Source: a virus (Duplodnaviria; Heunggongvirae; Uroviricota; Caudoviricetes). Taken from it: a stretch of DNA of 64,000 nt. The position numbers and the translations under genes were made by a program. Numbering within the stretch: the stretch's first letter is position 1; every line of letters starts with the position of its first letter. Location of the stretch: the IMG/VR virus record IMGVR_UViG_3300013426_000020; one strand, 5' to 3'. Positions 9,018 to 19,557 of this stretch are shown in pieces. Below the pieces are notes generated by a model. It was not told the origin of the DNA, made no database searches, and was given only the letters and a program-made list of their open reading frames with translations.

Positions 9018-10148
9018 ATGCAGATAATAGATAATGTGCAGTTGGATTTCAGCGATGTTTTGATAAGACCGAGAAGGTCAACCTTGGCATCAAGAAAGGA
9101 TGTTGATATTACAAGGGAATATAAGTTCAAATGGTGTCCCAAGGTCATCAGGGGGACAGGAATTATGCAGGCGAATATGGGAACCATAGGAAATTTTGAT
9201 GTAAGTGAGAGAATGCTTGAAAATGGATTGTTTGCCTGTCTTCACAAGCACCATGATATAGACAGTCTTATAGACTTTTATAAGAAACTTTTGACTTATG
9301 ATGATGACAGATGGATGAGATGTCTGTTGAGCATAGGTTTGAAGGACAATGGAGTGGAGAAACTTGAAAGAATATACAGGGAACTCAGTATTCAGGTGGG
9401 TATCAAGCTGGATGTTCCAAACGGATATATTCCGCAGGTAAAGGAGATGGTGGTCAAGTTGAGAGACCAGTTTCCGGAGATGCTGATTATGGTGGGAAAT
9501 GTAGTCACAGGAGACATTTCAGAAGATTTGATACTTTCCGGAGCAGACATAGTCGCAGAGGGGATCGGATCGGGTGGTCAATGTATTACTCGCAAGCAGA
9601 CCGGTGTAGGAAGACCACAGTTTTCTACAATAGTTGAAACAGCTGATGCAGTTCATCAGGTAGGTGGACTCATCTGTTCAGACGGAGGGATAACATGTGC
9701 AGGTGATGTGGGGAAGGCATTTGGCGCAGGAGCGGATTTCATTATGATAGGGGGACTGTTTGCAGGAACAGATGAAGCTGACGGGGATATCATAGAGAAA
9801 TACTACAATACTGGAGAACTGAACAGGACAGACAATGGAGACAGTTATATATATTCTCCTGTTATAGAGACAAAAAAATATAAGCTCTTTTATGGTATGA
9901 GTTCCACGCTTGCGCAGGAAAAATTTGGAAACGGAAAACCTAAATACAGGGCAAGTGAGGGGAGGGTGACACAGGTTCCTTATGTAGGATCGGTAAATGA
10001 TGTGGTTGAGGAACTTCTTGGTGGACTCAGATCAACAATGACATATATCGGTGCAAGAAGACTCAAGGACATACCGAAACAGTGCATCTTTTACAGGGTG
10101 AACAACCAGTTGAACAGAATGTTTGAAAACAATACAATAGGAAAATAA
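9018..10148 (+). CDS. guaC: GMP reductase (GuaC, IMPDH/GMPR family)
   Basis: Collinear similarity to E. coli GuaC: MQIIDNVQLDFSDVLIRPRRS, GIGSGGQCITRKQTGVGRPQFS, SDGGITCAGDVGKAFGAGADF, GMSS...YRASEG. Confidence 0.85.
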   Translation: MQIIDNVQLDFSDVLIRPRRSTLASRKDVDITREYKFKWCPKVIRGTGIMQANMGTIGNFDVSERMLENGLFACLHKHHDIDSLIDFYKKLLTYDDDRWMRCLLSIGLKDNGVEKLERIYRELSIQVGIKLDVPNGYIPQVKEMVVKLRDQFPEMLIMVGNVVTGDISEDLILSGADIVAEGIGSGGQCITRKQTGVGRPQFSTIVETADAVHQVGGLICSDGGITCAGDVGKAFGAGADFIMIGGLFAGTDEADGDIIEKYYNTGELNRTDNGDSYIYSPVIETKKYKLFYGMSSTLAQEKFGNGKPKYRASEGRVTQVPYVGSVNDVVEELLGGLRSTMTYIGARRLKDIPKQCIFYRVNNQLNRMFENNTIGK

Positions 10149-10152
10149 AAAA

Positions 10153-10178
10153 ATGGAGATGATAAATCATCTCCATTT
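10153..10178. terminator. bidirectional terminator between convergent genes
   Basis: Hairpin atggagatgat/atcatctccat flanked by A and T runs. Confidence 0.55.
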
Positions 10179-10180
10179 TG

Positions 10181-11080
10181 TTAAATTTCAATTTCATATG
10201 TAGAATCTGAAAAATCAATCACATGTGTCTTGTCGAATTCAGGTTTGTATGTACAATCCATCAATGGTTTGTCATCGGTGTCATAAATGACAATCCCTGT
10301 CTCGATAAGTTGTGGATATGCATCCTCATATGTCATAGACTCTGGTTCTGAAGGTTGATAGTAGTCTCCATTGAATCCGGCATAATATTTTGACTTGTGA
10401 TATTCAAATTCAAATGTAGGATAAAGTTCTATTTTATAATCATTGAATTTGAATTCAATAGAAGATTCATATGTGTTATTTATATCTTCTACATTTCTTT
10501 CATCTATAAAAATTTCAATACATCTGTCAAGTTCATCACAACATTCATCAATAAAGTCATCAAGAATACCCCGTTCATCAAAAAAGTTCTTGATATCATT
10601 AAAGTCTTCAATGTCCTTTTTGTGATTCTTTACGAATTCTTTTCTATGATTGAACTTCTTTTCGAATTTTGTAGGTTCAACTGTTTTTCTTTTTTTCCTG
10701 TCATTTCTTATATCATATAGATGATTGGACACATCTTTTTTATTGACTCTGCACACAAGATACTTTCCTGATTTCAAACCTATTATATAATCTTCAGTCA
10801 TATTGATTATTTCCCATGGTTTGGTGTCATCAATTTCAAAATCATCTCCACGCCGTTTATATCTAGGTTGTGCATCTATGGTTTCTATACCTGAATTGTT
10901 CAACATATCTTCCGCATCGTCCTTGCTGTCAGCCATACCTATGATATCATTTTCAGAAATTTGATTAAGTATGGATTTATCAATATCTGCATCAAATTCA
11001 CCGTCTTTGAATAACTTTGATATTGTTGGACTTTTGAAACTTTCATTTAAAGATATGAATTCATCAAATTTGAGTATCAT
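10181..11080 (-). CDS. acidic hypothetical protein (one of few minus-strand genes)
   Basis: 299-aa ORF, D/E-rich, convergent with guaC. Confidence 0.55.
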   Translation of the reverse strand: MILKFDEFISLNESFKSPTISKLFKDGEFDADIDKSILNQISENDIIGMADSKDDAEDMLNNSGIETIDAQPRYKRRGDDFEIDDTKPWEIINMTEDYIIGLKSGKYLVCRVNKKDVSNHLYDIRNDRKKRKTVEPTKFEKKFNHRKEFVKNHKKDIEDFNDIKNFFDERGILDDFIDECCDELDRCIEIFIDERNVEDINNTYESSIEFKFNDYKIELYPTFEFEYHKSKYYAGFNGDYYQPSEPESMTYEDAYPQLIETGIVIYDTDDKPLMDCTYKPEFDKTHVIDFSDSTYEIEI

Positions 11081-11116
11081 ATTTTGTTATCTTTATTATA
11101 TAAGTTATATATATTT

Positions 11117-12196
11117 ATGGATTATAATTTTTTACAAGATTTTTTATTGACTTACAGACCTACGGGATTTGAAAAATCTGCTGCTGAATATTTTGCATCA
11201 AGTGCAGTAAACATCAAAGATGTGAGACTTGACTTTATTGACAAGATGTGGAATGTATGTGCAAGTGTAGGAAGTGATGAACCTGATGCATTGAAGGTTT
11301 TGATTTCTGGACATTCGGACCAGAACTGTCTCATTGTTTCGGATATCACGAAGAATGGATTTCTGAAATACATCCCGCAGGGTGGATTTTCACCGAAGAC
11401 TGTGATAGACGGTGATATGTTCATTCTGACAAATTCAGGAAAGAACAAGGTCAAGTGTTTTTGTTCATACAAGGCAATTCATCTTGAAAAACCAGAGGAC
11501 AGAAAAAAATGTCCGGAACATAAGGATTTATATCTTGACTGCGGATGTTCTTCAAGAGAGGAAGTAGAGTCTCTGGGTATAAGGATAGGTGATCTTGTGG
11601 TGTTCAATAATTCAAGACTTGATATGGAATTCGGCAAGAACAAGAACTTCATAGTCGGTTCTGGACTTGATGATGGCATAGCCTGTGGGATTGCGTTCAG
11701 TGTGCTGGAAAACATTGACATTGAAAAACTCAAGAAAAATAATGTAAGACTTTATTGTGCCTGCATCACCAGTGAGGAGACCGGGTGCAGGGGTGCGGGA
11801 AATGTCGTGCGGAAAATCAGTCCGGACATCTCCATAGACATAGATGTGTGTCATGACTGCACCCCAGAGATAGGTAAGACTGAAGGAAGTCAGACACAGA
11901 TGGGAAAGGGTGTCGTAATAGAATACGGACCGGAGAAATACAGACCATTGAATGATGCACTGAAAGATATTGCGAAAAAGAATGTGAAATATCAGCTTGT
12001 CGCCGGAAAGGCCGGAGGAACAAACACAAACAATATACAGATGATGTCTGACAACTGTGCTTCCACATTGTTGAGCATCCCTTGCAGATATATGCACAGT
12101 GCCACACATGAGATGGTTGACAGGAATGATGTGGAGGCATGTGAGAAACTTGTGTGTCTGTTCATTGACGGACTGAAATATGACGAATGGAAATAA
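11117..12196 (+). CDS. M42-family metallo-aminopeptidase-like protein
   Basis: Metal-ligand pattern ISGHSDQ (HxD), GSGLDDGIA (DD), ITSEETGCRG (EE), RYMHSATHEM (terminal His). The listed ORF start at 11084 is a TTG; the first ATG is at 11117. Confidence 0.5.
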   Translation: MDYNFLQDFLLTYRPTGFEKSAAEYFASSAVNIKDVRLDFIDKMWNVCASVGSDEPDALKVLISGHSDQNCLIVSDITKNGFLKYIPQGGFSPKTVIDGDMFILTNSGKNKVKCFCSYKAIHLEKPEDRKKCPEHKDLYLDCGCSSREEVESLGIRIGDLVVFNNSRLDMEFGKNKNFIVGSGLDDGIACGIAFSVLENIDIEKLKKNNVRLYCACITSEETGCRGAGNVVRKISPDISIDIDVCHDCTPEIGKTEGSQTQMGKGVVIEYGPEKYRPLNDALKDIAKKNVKYQLVAGKAGGTNTNNIQMMSDNCASTLLSIPCRYMHSATHEMVDRNDVEACEKLVCLFIDGLKYDEWK

Positions 12197-12217
12197 ACAG
12201 TTTAAAAATATATAATT

Positions 12218-12550
12218 ATGATTAAATTAAAAAGCACTGGAGATTTATTTGAAACAGTTCAAGAGATGCTATTACATCTGGGACGGACTGGAAAAATCAA
12301 ATCTGATCCTACCATAAATGAAAATGGGGTTGATTTGAAATTATCATTTGTTGTGGATAATGATGACAAGAAGATTGAAAAAAGTCATATTGTCAAACTT
12401 ACAAATGAACAGTATGATTTTTATAAGTCTATGCCTTATTTTTATGAAAATATAATTCAAATTGACAATGAATTATGGGCACGAGAACTAATTGATGACA
12501 AGACAGTCAATCATTATATGGAAGGAAATGACCTTATTGTTGAACTATAA
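12218..12550 (+). CDS. hypothetical protein
   Basis: 110-aa ORF. Confidence 0.5.
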   Translation: MIKLKSTGDLFETVQEMLLHLGRTGKIKSDPTINENGVDLKLSFVVDNDDKKIEKSHIVKLTNEQYDFYKSMPYFYENIIQIDNELWARELIDDKTVNHYMEGNDLIVEL

Positions 12551-12610
12551 TTTGAAAAAGTCAGGAAACTATCCTGACTTTTGTTATCTTTATAAGAAAA
12601 GTTATAAATT

Positions 12611-13189
12611 ATGTCAAGACCGAACAAATGTATAAAGGATGAGACAGGGAAGGAATACTGGATTTCAAGATCTGTTGTGGTGATTCCTGTGGTGTTCAAA
12701 TATGATATTCAAAATGATGACATATATGCCCTTGTGGAGAGAAGGGGTCCTGCGGTGTCACATCCCGGAGAATGGTGCTGTCCGTGTGGGTATATAGACT
12801 GGGATGAGAGTCTTACGGAAGCATGTGTAAGGGAAGTACGGGAAGAAACAGGTCTTGTGCTTGACGAAGAAAGAATAAATCTGTTTGAAGTGAACAGCGA
12901 CAAGTACACAAAAAACCAGACTGTGGATTTGTGGTACGAGTGCTGGATACCCGAAGAGTCCGATTTTCATATGGACAAGATCGAGACGAAGACCGAGATT
13001 CTTGATGTGAGATGGCTGAAGGTGGCGCATATGGGAAATAATGATTCCGGAAAGAATATTCTGACCATATATAAGAAATCGATATATGACGGATACGGCA
13101 TATGGGCGTTCAAGTCTCATCATACACATGTCATAGATATGTTGAAGTCAAGGTTTTCAATGTGTGATATAAAGGAAGTTGATGAGTAA
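12611..13189 (+). CDS. Nudix hydrolase
   Basis: Nudix box GYIDWDESLTEACVREVREETGL. Confidence 0.7.
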   Translation: MSRPNKCIKDETGKEYWISRSVVVIPVVFKYDIQNDDIYALVERRGPAVSHPGEWCCPCGYIDWDESLTEACVREVREETGLVLDEERINLFEVNSDKYTKNQTVDLWYECWIPEESDFHMDKIETKTEILDVRWLKVAHMGNNDSGKNILTIYKKSIYDGYGIWAFKSHHTHVIDMLKSRFSMCDIKEVDE

Positions 13190-14669
13190 GAAAGGTTTAT
13201 ATAAGAATGTGCTTGACGGGGGTTATGAAATATGGCTTCCGTTTGTCTTGAATTCACAGCAGAAAGATGTCCTGAAACAGATTGACGACTTCATCAACTC
13301 GAAAACGGAATTCGCGATGACGGTTTCCGGATGGGCTGGAACAGGAAAGACCACCCTAATGGAGATTGTGAACAAAAGATACTGGATGGGACATACGATA
13401 CATTTCTGTGCGACCACCCACAAGGCGGCAGGAGTGTTGAGGGAAAAGGTGGGAAAGAGAGTGTCCACCGTCAATTCATTGTTCGGGATAATGATAGAGA
13501 CAGATATGGACAGGGAGAATTATGATGTCTCTTTCAAGTCCAGAAAGAAATCTGAAGACAAGGTGAAGAACAATTCCATAATCATCATAGACGAGGCGTC
13601 AATGCTGTCCATACAGAACTATATGGACGTGATATTGAAGGCAAGGGAAAGAAAGTGCAAAATCATATTCATAGGTGACTCCGCGCAGCTGTCCCCCGTA
13701 AATGAGGATGACATATCGGTCGTGTTCAGAAACACAGACCACAGGATAGTGGAACTCACGAAGGTGATGAGAACCGATGACAATGCCATATTGAATGAGT
13801 CCACATCAATAAGGACCGGAGAGGGGTTCACTTATGAGAGTAATGTAAATGAATCAGGAGAAGGTGTGAAGTTCATAGACAATGATGACTTTGCAGGTAT
13901 TATTGATGTGATAGACTCGCATATTGACGGATTGAAGACTGACCCGAATTATTTCAGAATACTCACATACACCAATGTCAATGTGGAGAAGTTGAACATG
14001 ATGGTCAGAAAGAAGTTAGGATATGACGGAATGCCACCGCAGACAGGTGAACCCTTGATGTCATATGCAAACTGGGGATATGATGGAATGGGAAAGACAG
14101 GTGTGAACTATAAAATCATAAACTCCGAGGCTTATATGTGTTGTGGCATAACAAACGAATATGACGAGAACATAAGGGAGATGATAACTTACAGACTTGA
14201 CAGATGTCCGGATGACTTCAATCTTCATATCATAGAGATTGAAATCGAGAATCCGTTGAAGGAAAGAATAACTGTTCCTTATATAGACGTGAAATATAAT
14301 GATCACAACAAGGAACTGGTGAAACTTCTCGCATATGAGAAAGTATATCAATGGGGAAAATACAGGGAATGTGAGAACAAGATGGACAAGTTCAAATGTC
14401 TTGAAAAGATAAACTCTATCGACGAGTTTCTTCTGGTGAATGACAATGTGTATGACGGATACGGAAATCTGATACAGGCGAAGGTGATTGACTATGGATA
14501 TGCACACACTATACACAAGAGTCAGGGGAGCACTTTCAGTAATGTCCTGATAAATGACAATGACATAGACAAATGTCTTGACAAAAGGGTGAAGAAACAG
14601 TTGAGATATGTGGCTTTGACCAGAGCGAGCAAGTCGGCAACAATTATAACATCACACAGAATTCAATAA
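13179..14669 (+). CDS. SF1 DNA helicase, Dda/RecD-like
   Basis: Walker A GWAGTGKTT, Walker B IIIIDEASML, C-terminal HTIHKSQGSTFSNV and ALTRASK. Confidence 0.7.
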   Translation: MMSKKGLYKNVLDGGYEIWLPFVLNSQQKDVLKQIDDFINSKTEFAMTVSGWAGTGKTTLMEIVNKRYWMGHTIHFCATTHKAAGVLREKVGKRVSTVNSLFGIMIETDMDRENYDVSFKSRKKSEDKVKNNSIIIIDEASMLSIQNYMDVILKARERKCKIIFIGDSAQLSPVNEDDISVVFRNTDHRIVELTKVMRTDDNAILNESTSIRTGEGFTYESNVNESGEGVKFIDNDDFAGIIDVIDSHIDGLKTDPNYFRILTYTNVNVEKLNMMVRKKLGYDGMPPQTGEPLMSYANWGYDGMGKTGVNYKIINSEAYMCCGITNEYDENIREMITYRLDRCPDDFNLHIIEIEIENPLKERITVPYIDVKYNDHNKELVKLLAYEKVYQWGKYRECENKMDKFKCLEKINSIDEFLLVNDNVYDGYGNLIQAKVIDYGYAHTIHKSQGSTFSNVLINDNDIDKCLDKRVKKQLRYVALTRASKSATIITSHRIQ

Positions 14670-14674
14670 TAATT

Positions 14675-15118
14675 ATGAGCAGATATAGAATGTACAGTCT
14701 TGTATTGAGACAGTTGAGTCCGATACAGAAGGGGGTGCAGACGGCACATGCTGTTGCGGAATATGGAAACACATGCAGCAAACTTGCGGAATACATCCAG
14801 TGGGTGAATGTTGACAAGACCATCATAATGCTTGACGGTGGGACTTATCCGGAGATGAAGGAATGCAGGGACTTCCTTACTGGAATGAAAGTTCCGAATG
14901 CATGCTTTTATGAGGATGATCTGGGAGGACTGTTGACAGCCATAACATTTATAGTTGATGACAGAGTATGGGACACAAAACTTTATCCGTCTTATGAGGA
15001 AGAACTGACAGACGATGTGATGTCCGCAAGTGAGAGCCCAATATGGTTGATAGAGATGGGTGGGTCTGAAAATCTCAAGTTGAGGAACTTCATCTTCTCA
15101 AAAAGATTGTCAATGTAA
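14675..15118 (+). CDS. PTH2-like (peptidyl-tRNA hydrolase 2 family) protein, tentative
   Basis: YSLVLRQLSPIQKGVQTAHAV resembles the PTH2 core M(I/V)LVVRxDLxMxKGKxAAQCxHA. This is a weak, by-eye match. Confidence 0.35.
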   Translation: MSRYRMYSLVLRQLSPIQKGVQTAHAVAEYGNTCSKLAEYIQWVNVDKTIIMLDGGTYPEMKECRDFLTGMKVPNACFYEDDLGGLLTAITFIVDDRVWDTKLYPSYEEELTDDVMSASESPIWLIEMGGSENLKLRNFIFSKRLSM

Positions 15119-15171
15119 TATGTTGAACTTCAAGATTTTATATTTTAAAGTTCAATTTTTTTATAAAAATA

Positions 15172-15203
15172 TTTGTTTTTCTTGAAACTTTGTTCTATCT
15201 TTG
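15172..15203 (+). promoter_or_regulatory. class A promoter (TTTG-N20-TATCTTTG)
   Basis: TTTG at 15172, TATCTTTG at 15196. Confidence 0.5.
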
Positions 15204-15217
15204 CAACAGAAACATAA

Positions 15218-15463
15218 ATGAATAGAATTATGAGAAAATGGAAGGCTACTTTGTATGATGATGACACATACAGGATTGATGAGGTGGAAAAAGAATATGT
15301 TACACCCGGAGATGAATGTATGTGCATCCGGAATGGAGTGTTCTTCATAAAGGACACAAGAGAAGAGGTTGTGAAAGTATTGAAACAATATATACAGAGA
15401 CAGATGCTTGAAATTGACTCAAAGTTGTTCAGCTTGAGAAATCTCATTGAAAGTATAAAATAA
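15218..15463 (+). CDS. hypothetical protein
   Basis: 81-aa ORF just downstream of a promoter. Confidence 0.5.
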   Translation: MNRIMRKWKATLYDDDTYRIDEVEKEYVTPGDECMCIRNGVFFIKDTREEVVKVLKQYIQRQMLEIDSKLFSLRNLIESIK

Positions 15464-15470
15464 AATCATT

Positions 15471-15698
15471 ATGGACATTACCGAAATAAAGAATGACTTC
15501 AATGTCATAACCGAGATGTTGAGAAAATACAACAGTTTCATCTGGGAAAATCAGGAAGGACAGGCAAGTCATTATGACAGTCAACCGAAGAATACAAGAC
15601 TGGCACTGGCGGACATAAGGACAGGACTGTTCATAACGAAGATGGCGATGAACAACATCATAGACAACAATACAATCATAACAGGAAAGGAGGAATAG
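15471..15698 (+). CDS. hypothetical protein
   Basis: 75-aa ORF. Confidence 0.45.
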   Translation: MDITEIKNDFNVITEMLRKYNSFIWENQEGQASHYDSQPKNTRLALADIRTGLFITKMAMNNIIDNNTIITGKEE

Positions 15699-15700
15699 AT

Positions 15701-16138
15701 ATGTATATAGCAAGGGACAAGAACAATGATCTGTTGGCATATATTGAAGAACCGCGGAGAGCAGATGAAATATTTTTCTCAGAAGGACACAATATGAAAC
15801 TTGATCCGGAAGAGTTCAAGGACGTGACATGGGAGAATTCCCCGAGATGCATCAAGTGCTGTCCGAGTTTGTCTGATCAGTTGAACTATCATTTTGACAC
15901 CACCCCGAAGGAGGAACTTGACAAGGAATTCGAGGAACTTGAACCACTGAACAATGTGGGTCCCACAGTTGATGAATATCTGGGAAATATCAATTATGCA
16001 GAAGTAAGGGTGAGTACTGCGGTATATACAATGGGTTCAATCATATCCGGAAAACAGGAACTTCCTGATCCGGAAACAACTGCGAACAAGGCCGTGGAAT
16101 ATGCTGATGCTCTGGTGAGCAGGCTCAGGAAAAGATAA
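15701..16138 (+). CDS. hypothetical protein
   Basis: 145-aa ORF. Confidence 0.5.
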   Translation: MYIARDKNNDLLAYIEEPRRADEIFFSEGHNMKLDPEEFKDVTWENSPRCIKCCPSLSDQLNYHFDTTPKEELDKEFEELEPLNNVGPTVDEYLGNINYAEVRVSTAVYTMGSIISGKQELPDPETTANKAVEYADALVSRLRKR

Positions 16139-16155
16139 TTTGTTATTTTTACATT

Positions 16156-16401
16156 ATGAAGATAGTTTTCACAAAAGAATATGACCATACCACCAACATT
16201 ACTGTTAATGGTGAGAATGCTGAGGATATCACGAATGCGGAAATCCGTGATGTAATAGAACAGGTGTTGAGAACTGTGAAGGACAAGAAGAAACTCATAT
16301 CATTTCTTGTAGATATAACACAGTCGGTTGGTGAGTTCAGTCCGTTATCGGATCATCAGGAACTCAAAACCGATGCATATAAATTTGAAATAGAAATATA
16401 A
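16156..16401 (+). CDS. hypothetical protein
   Basis: 81-aa ORF. Confidence 0.45.
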   Translation: MKIVFTKEYDHTTNITVNGENAEDITNAEIRDVIEQVLRTVKDKKKLISFLVDITQSVGEFSPLSDHQELKTDAYKFEIEI

Positions 16402-16404
16402 GAT

Positions 16405-16725
16405 ATGGATATCGAAGAACTCAAATCATTGACATATCAATATGTGATAGATTTGTTGAACTATGAGGAATACCACAGTTTCGGAAGCCCAGAGAAGTTT
16501 CATGAATGGGTGGACAAGAATTATGAACCGGTAAGAAAATCGGAACTTGTCAAAGGGCAGACTTATGACGGTATTTGCAGGAATGCACATAAGGCAATCT
16601 GGGACGGAAATGAGTTTGTTTATGAAAGGACAAAATTCGGGATGACTTATGACGAGACGATAAATCACTATGAAGATGACAATGAATACGGATATGACGT
16701 ATTCGTGCCTATAAGAAGAAAATAG
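16405..16725 (+). CDS. hypothetical protein
   Basis: 106-aa ORF. Confidence 0.5.
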   Translation: MDIEELKSLTYQYVIDLLNYEEYHSFGSPEKFHEWVDKNYEPVRKSELVKGQTYDGICRNAHKAIWDGNEFVYERTKFGMTYDETINHYEDDNEYGYDVFVPIRRK

Positions 16726-16727
16726 TT

Positions 16728-17147
16728 ATGGGAGAGATTATAAGAAATATAGACGGAGAGATAAGGTTCATAAACACTGAACCACTTGAAATCATAAAGG
16801 ATCTGACATCATCGGTAGAATGGTTGCAGAACAGTTATGACAATGCAAAGGAGACCATCAAGAAGATGAAGGAAGATACTTATAAGGATGAGGAACTTGT
16901 GAAGTTGAAGGAAGAGAACACCAGACTTGCAGATGAGATGAGATACGGATTTCCCGTTTCAAAGGAGGAGAATGATGCAATCAGAAAATGGATGCAAGAC
17001 TGGTTTGACAGAAAAAGAAACGGAGACACTTATATGGGAGCGATTGCCGGAGGGTTTGTCTATCAGTTTCATCCCACATCCATAGGAATAATAGCGAAGG
17101 TGATTGCCCCCGACGGGGAGGAATTTGAATTCAGGAATGACTTATGA
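16728..17147 (+). CDS. hypothetical protein
   Basis: 139-aa ORF. Confidence 0.5.
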   Translation: MGEIIRNIDGEIRFINTEPLEIIKDLTSSVEWLQNSYDNAKETIKKMKEDTYKDEELVKLKEENTRLADEMRYGFPVSKEENDAIRKWMQDWFDRKRNGDTYMGAIAGGFVYQFHPTSIGIIAKVIAPDGEEFEFRNDL

Positions 17148-17222
17148 TTTGTCCTTATTTGAATGAAGAATGCAGATATGATTTTATGTCCGATATTTGC
17201 CAGAATTGCAGACATATAACTT

Positions 17223-17600
17223 TTGACGAAATTTCAAGACAACAGAAACATGAAAGAGACAAGAAAACAGATTGTCGAACAGACAAGAAATGATGTCGCA
17301 AGACAGTACAATGCACAGATTTCAAGACTTCAGGAAAGGATAAAGGATCTTGCGGAAGATTATAACACAGAAAGAAGAAAGAGAATCGAGTGTCAGGAGA
17401 AGGTGGATGAACTTCAGGAGAAGGTGAACCAGTATGAGGACTGGATAAGGAGACTTCAGGAGTTTATGGACATGCCAGATAACCAGAGGGAACAGTATAT
17501 GGTTCATATTCAGGAAAAAGAAAAATCAGACAGGGTATTGTCGGGACTGTGTGATTTGATGAAAAAGACAGGAATGTTTGACTTATATAATTTGATATAG
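17223..17600 (+). CDS. coiled-coil hypothetical protein
   Basis: 125-aa ORF with a heptad-like, E/K/R/Q-rich sequence. Confidence 0.5.
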   Translation: MTKFQDNRNMKETRKQIVEQTRNDVARQYNAQISRLQERIKDLAEDYNTERRKRIECQEKVDELQEKVNQYEDWIRRLQEFMDMPDNQREQYMVHIQEKEKSDRVLSGLCDLMKKTGMFDLYNLI

Positions 17601-17602
17601 TT

Positions 17603-17971
17603 ATGTGTGAGTTTCTTATTTTGATTTTATTGTTATTGATTGGAATCTTCAGTGGATTCGGGACAGGAGTGAGGTACGGGTTTTTGAACACTGAACAGGA
17701 TGAAGATGATCTTGAAGACACCAAAGTGGTGAAATTCTACAGGAACAGGTTCATAAATGTGATGATTTCATTATTTTTATTTCCAATCTGTGTGTGTATC
17801 CTTATGTTCTTTTTTCTTGTGGGGGTATGTTTCTTCCCTTATCTTCTTTTTGACTCATTGACTCCGGATGTCATTGACTTTATATTCAGATGTGTGCTCG
17901 CATTGCTTGCTGGACAGATTGTGGCATACGGATTTGGAATGAGATACAATCAAAGGCATCTGAAGAAATGA
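17603..17971 (+). CDS. membrane protein
   Basis: 122 aa with three or more hydrophobic segments. Confidence 0.5.
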   Translation: MCEFLILILLLLIGIFSGFGTGVRYGFLNTEQDEDDLEDTKVVKFYRNRFINVMISLFLFPICVCILMFFFLVGVCFFPYLLFDSLTPDVIDFIFRCVLALLAGQIVAYGFGMRYNQRHLKK

Positions 17972-18312
17972 GAACGTATACACAGAAGGGCATATGCGGA
18001 TACGGGACCGTGTATGTGATGGAAAGGATAGAGGACTTTGACGAATATGAGAAGATTCTGGGAAGAGAGTATATAGAAAGGTTCAATCCCAACTTTTATG
18101 AGTTCAAGAAGGAATTCGAGGAAAGAATAGGGACATGGTGGGAGGATAGGAAGCAGTTGAGATATATGTATAACGGGAAACCCGTATATGTGAGATATAA
18201 AATCATAGGTCTTGAGGACAACAATCCGTTTATGGACTGGTACTGGATTGTGCAGAACGAGGACGATCCGAGAGATGTGAGATACATAAACTGCAATGAT
18301 CCAGATTTTTGA
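17968..18312 (+). CDS. hypothetical protein
   Basis: Internal ATG of ORF 17890..18312; it overlaps the stop of the upstream gene (ATGA). Confidence 0.45.
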   Translation: MRTYTQKGICGYGTVYVMERIEDFDEYEKILGREYIERFNPNFYEFKKEFEERIGTWWEDRKQLRYMYNGKPVYVRYKIIGLEDNNPFMDWYWIVQNEDDPRDVRYINCNDPDF

Positions 18313-18609
18313 TTGAGAAGAACTGATATAAATAATTTATCAGTTCTTCTTTTTTTGTTATCTTTATTTCAAAATTATAATTATGAAAAAACCGGATATA
18401 GAGAAGATTATGATAGGTGGATATGTCACGGACTTTGATTTCAAGTCCGGAAATATGAAAGATTTCAATGCATGACAGATCATTGAGATGCCAGTGAACA
18501 TATGGACTCGTGAAAAAAATATATGGAACATACAAGGCATTGTCATATATGCAATATCTGGAATGTCTGAAAGAAAAGGACAAATTTTTGAAATAAATTA
18601 TTCTTATAT

Positions 18610-19557
18610 ATGGATGCTGTTATAACATTTGTAGATTCATCCGATGAAGTATGGATGAGAAATATGCTGAAAGGATACACACAGGAAGGTAATACATCAA
18701 ATCATGTACTCGCAACATTTACAAACAAGGGAAACTCAATGAGATACAATTTCTTCTATGATTATGGTACACTAAAATATGTATTAAGGGGTATAGATAA
18801 GTTTATACCATATGTGAAGAATGTTTTTCTTGTAGTGAGTAACATAGAACAGATACCGGAATATGTTGATTTGTCAAAAGTCATTCCTGTATTACATAAG
18901 GATTTCATTCCTGAAAAGTTTCTTCCCACATATAACTCAACAACAATAGAGATGTTCCTGAACAGGATACACGGTCTTGATGATGAATTTGTATATTTCA
19001 ATGATGACATGATTCCTGTGAATCCCATAGAATATAATGAACTCTTCAGAGATGGAATCCCATGCATAAATTTTGAGGAGAACAATAGAGATCCCCATTA
19101 TATGACATACAGACACTGCAATATATCATTCGGTGAAGCGAGGAACAGTGTTGAGATGACAGGAAAAGATATTGATTATTCCGGTCCGGTGATGATACCT
19201 GTACATAGTCCAGTGTCGATGTTGAAATCTGTAATGGATGAATATGCTAATCAGGAAAGATTTTCAAGTATGCTCGACTTCTACATAACATCCACACGTC
19301 AAGGAAGAAATCTCACACAGTATTACTGGAGTGACATTCTTTTCTTCCTAAAGAAATATGTTCAAAATGATAACCTGACATTGAAATATGTCTGGACATA
19401 TGACCTTGACAACTTTAATGCAGGTGATATAGGTGACTGTAAATATCTGTGCATAAATGATTCGGCAAGAAAGAACAAACCATTGAGTGAGACAGAGACC
19501 GAGATACAGAATATGATGAACAGAATATTACCTGAAAAGAGCAGATATGAGAAATGA
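18610..19557 (+). CDS. Stealth-family (CR1/CR2) putative hexose-/polyol-phosphate transferase
   Basis: CR1-like DAVITFVDSSDEVW and CR2-like YFNDDMIPVNP. Confidence 0.45.
   Translation: MDAVITFVDSSDEVWMRNMLKGYTQEGNTSNHVLATFTNKGNSMRYNFFYDYGTLKYVLRGIDKFIPYVKNVFLVVSNIEQIPEYVDLSKVIPVLHKDFIPEKFLPTYNSTTIEMFLNRIHGLDDEFVYFNDDMIPVNPIEYNELFRDGIPCINFEENNRDPHYMTYRHCNISFGEARNSVEMTGKDIDYSGPVMIPVHSPVSMLKSVMDEYANQERFSSMLDFYITSTRQGRNLTQYYWSDILFFLKKYVQNDNLTLKYVWTYDLDNFNAGDIGDCKYLCINDSARKNKPLSETETEIQNMMNRILPEKSRYEK

Noticed and set aside
11612-12140. Minus-strand ORFs inside the M42 peptidase gene
   Set aside because: Antisense to a + gene with recognisable metal-ligand motifs.
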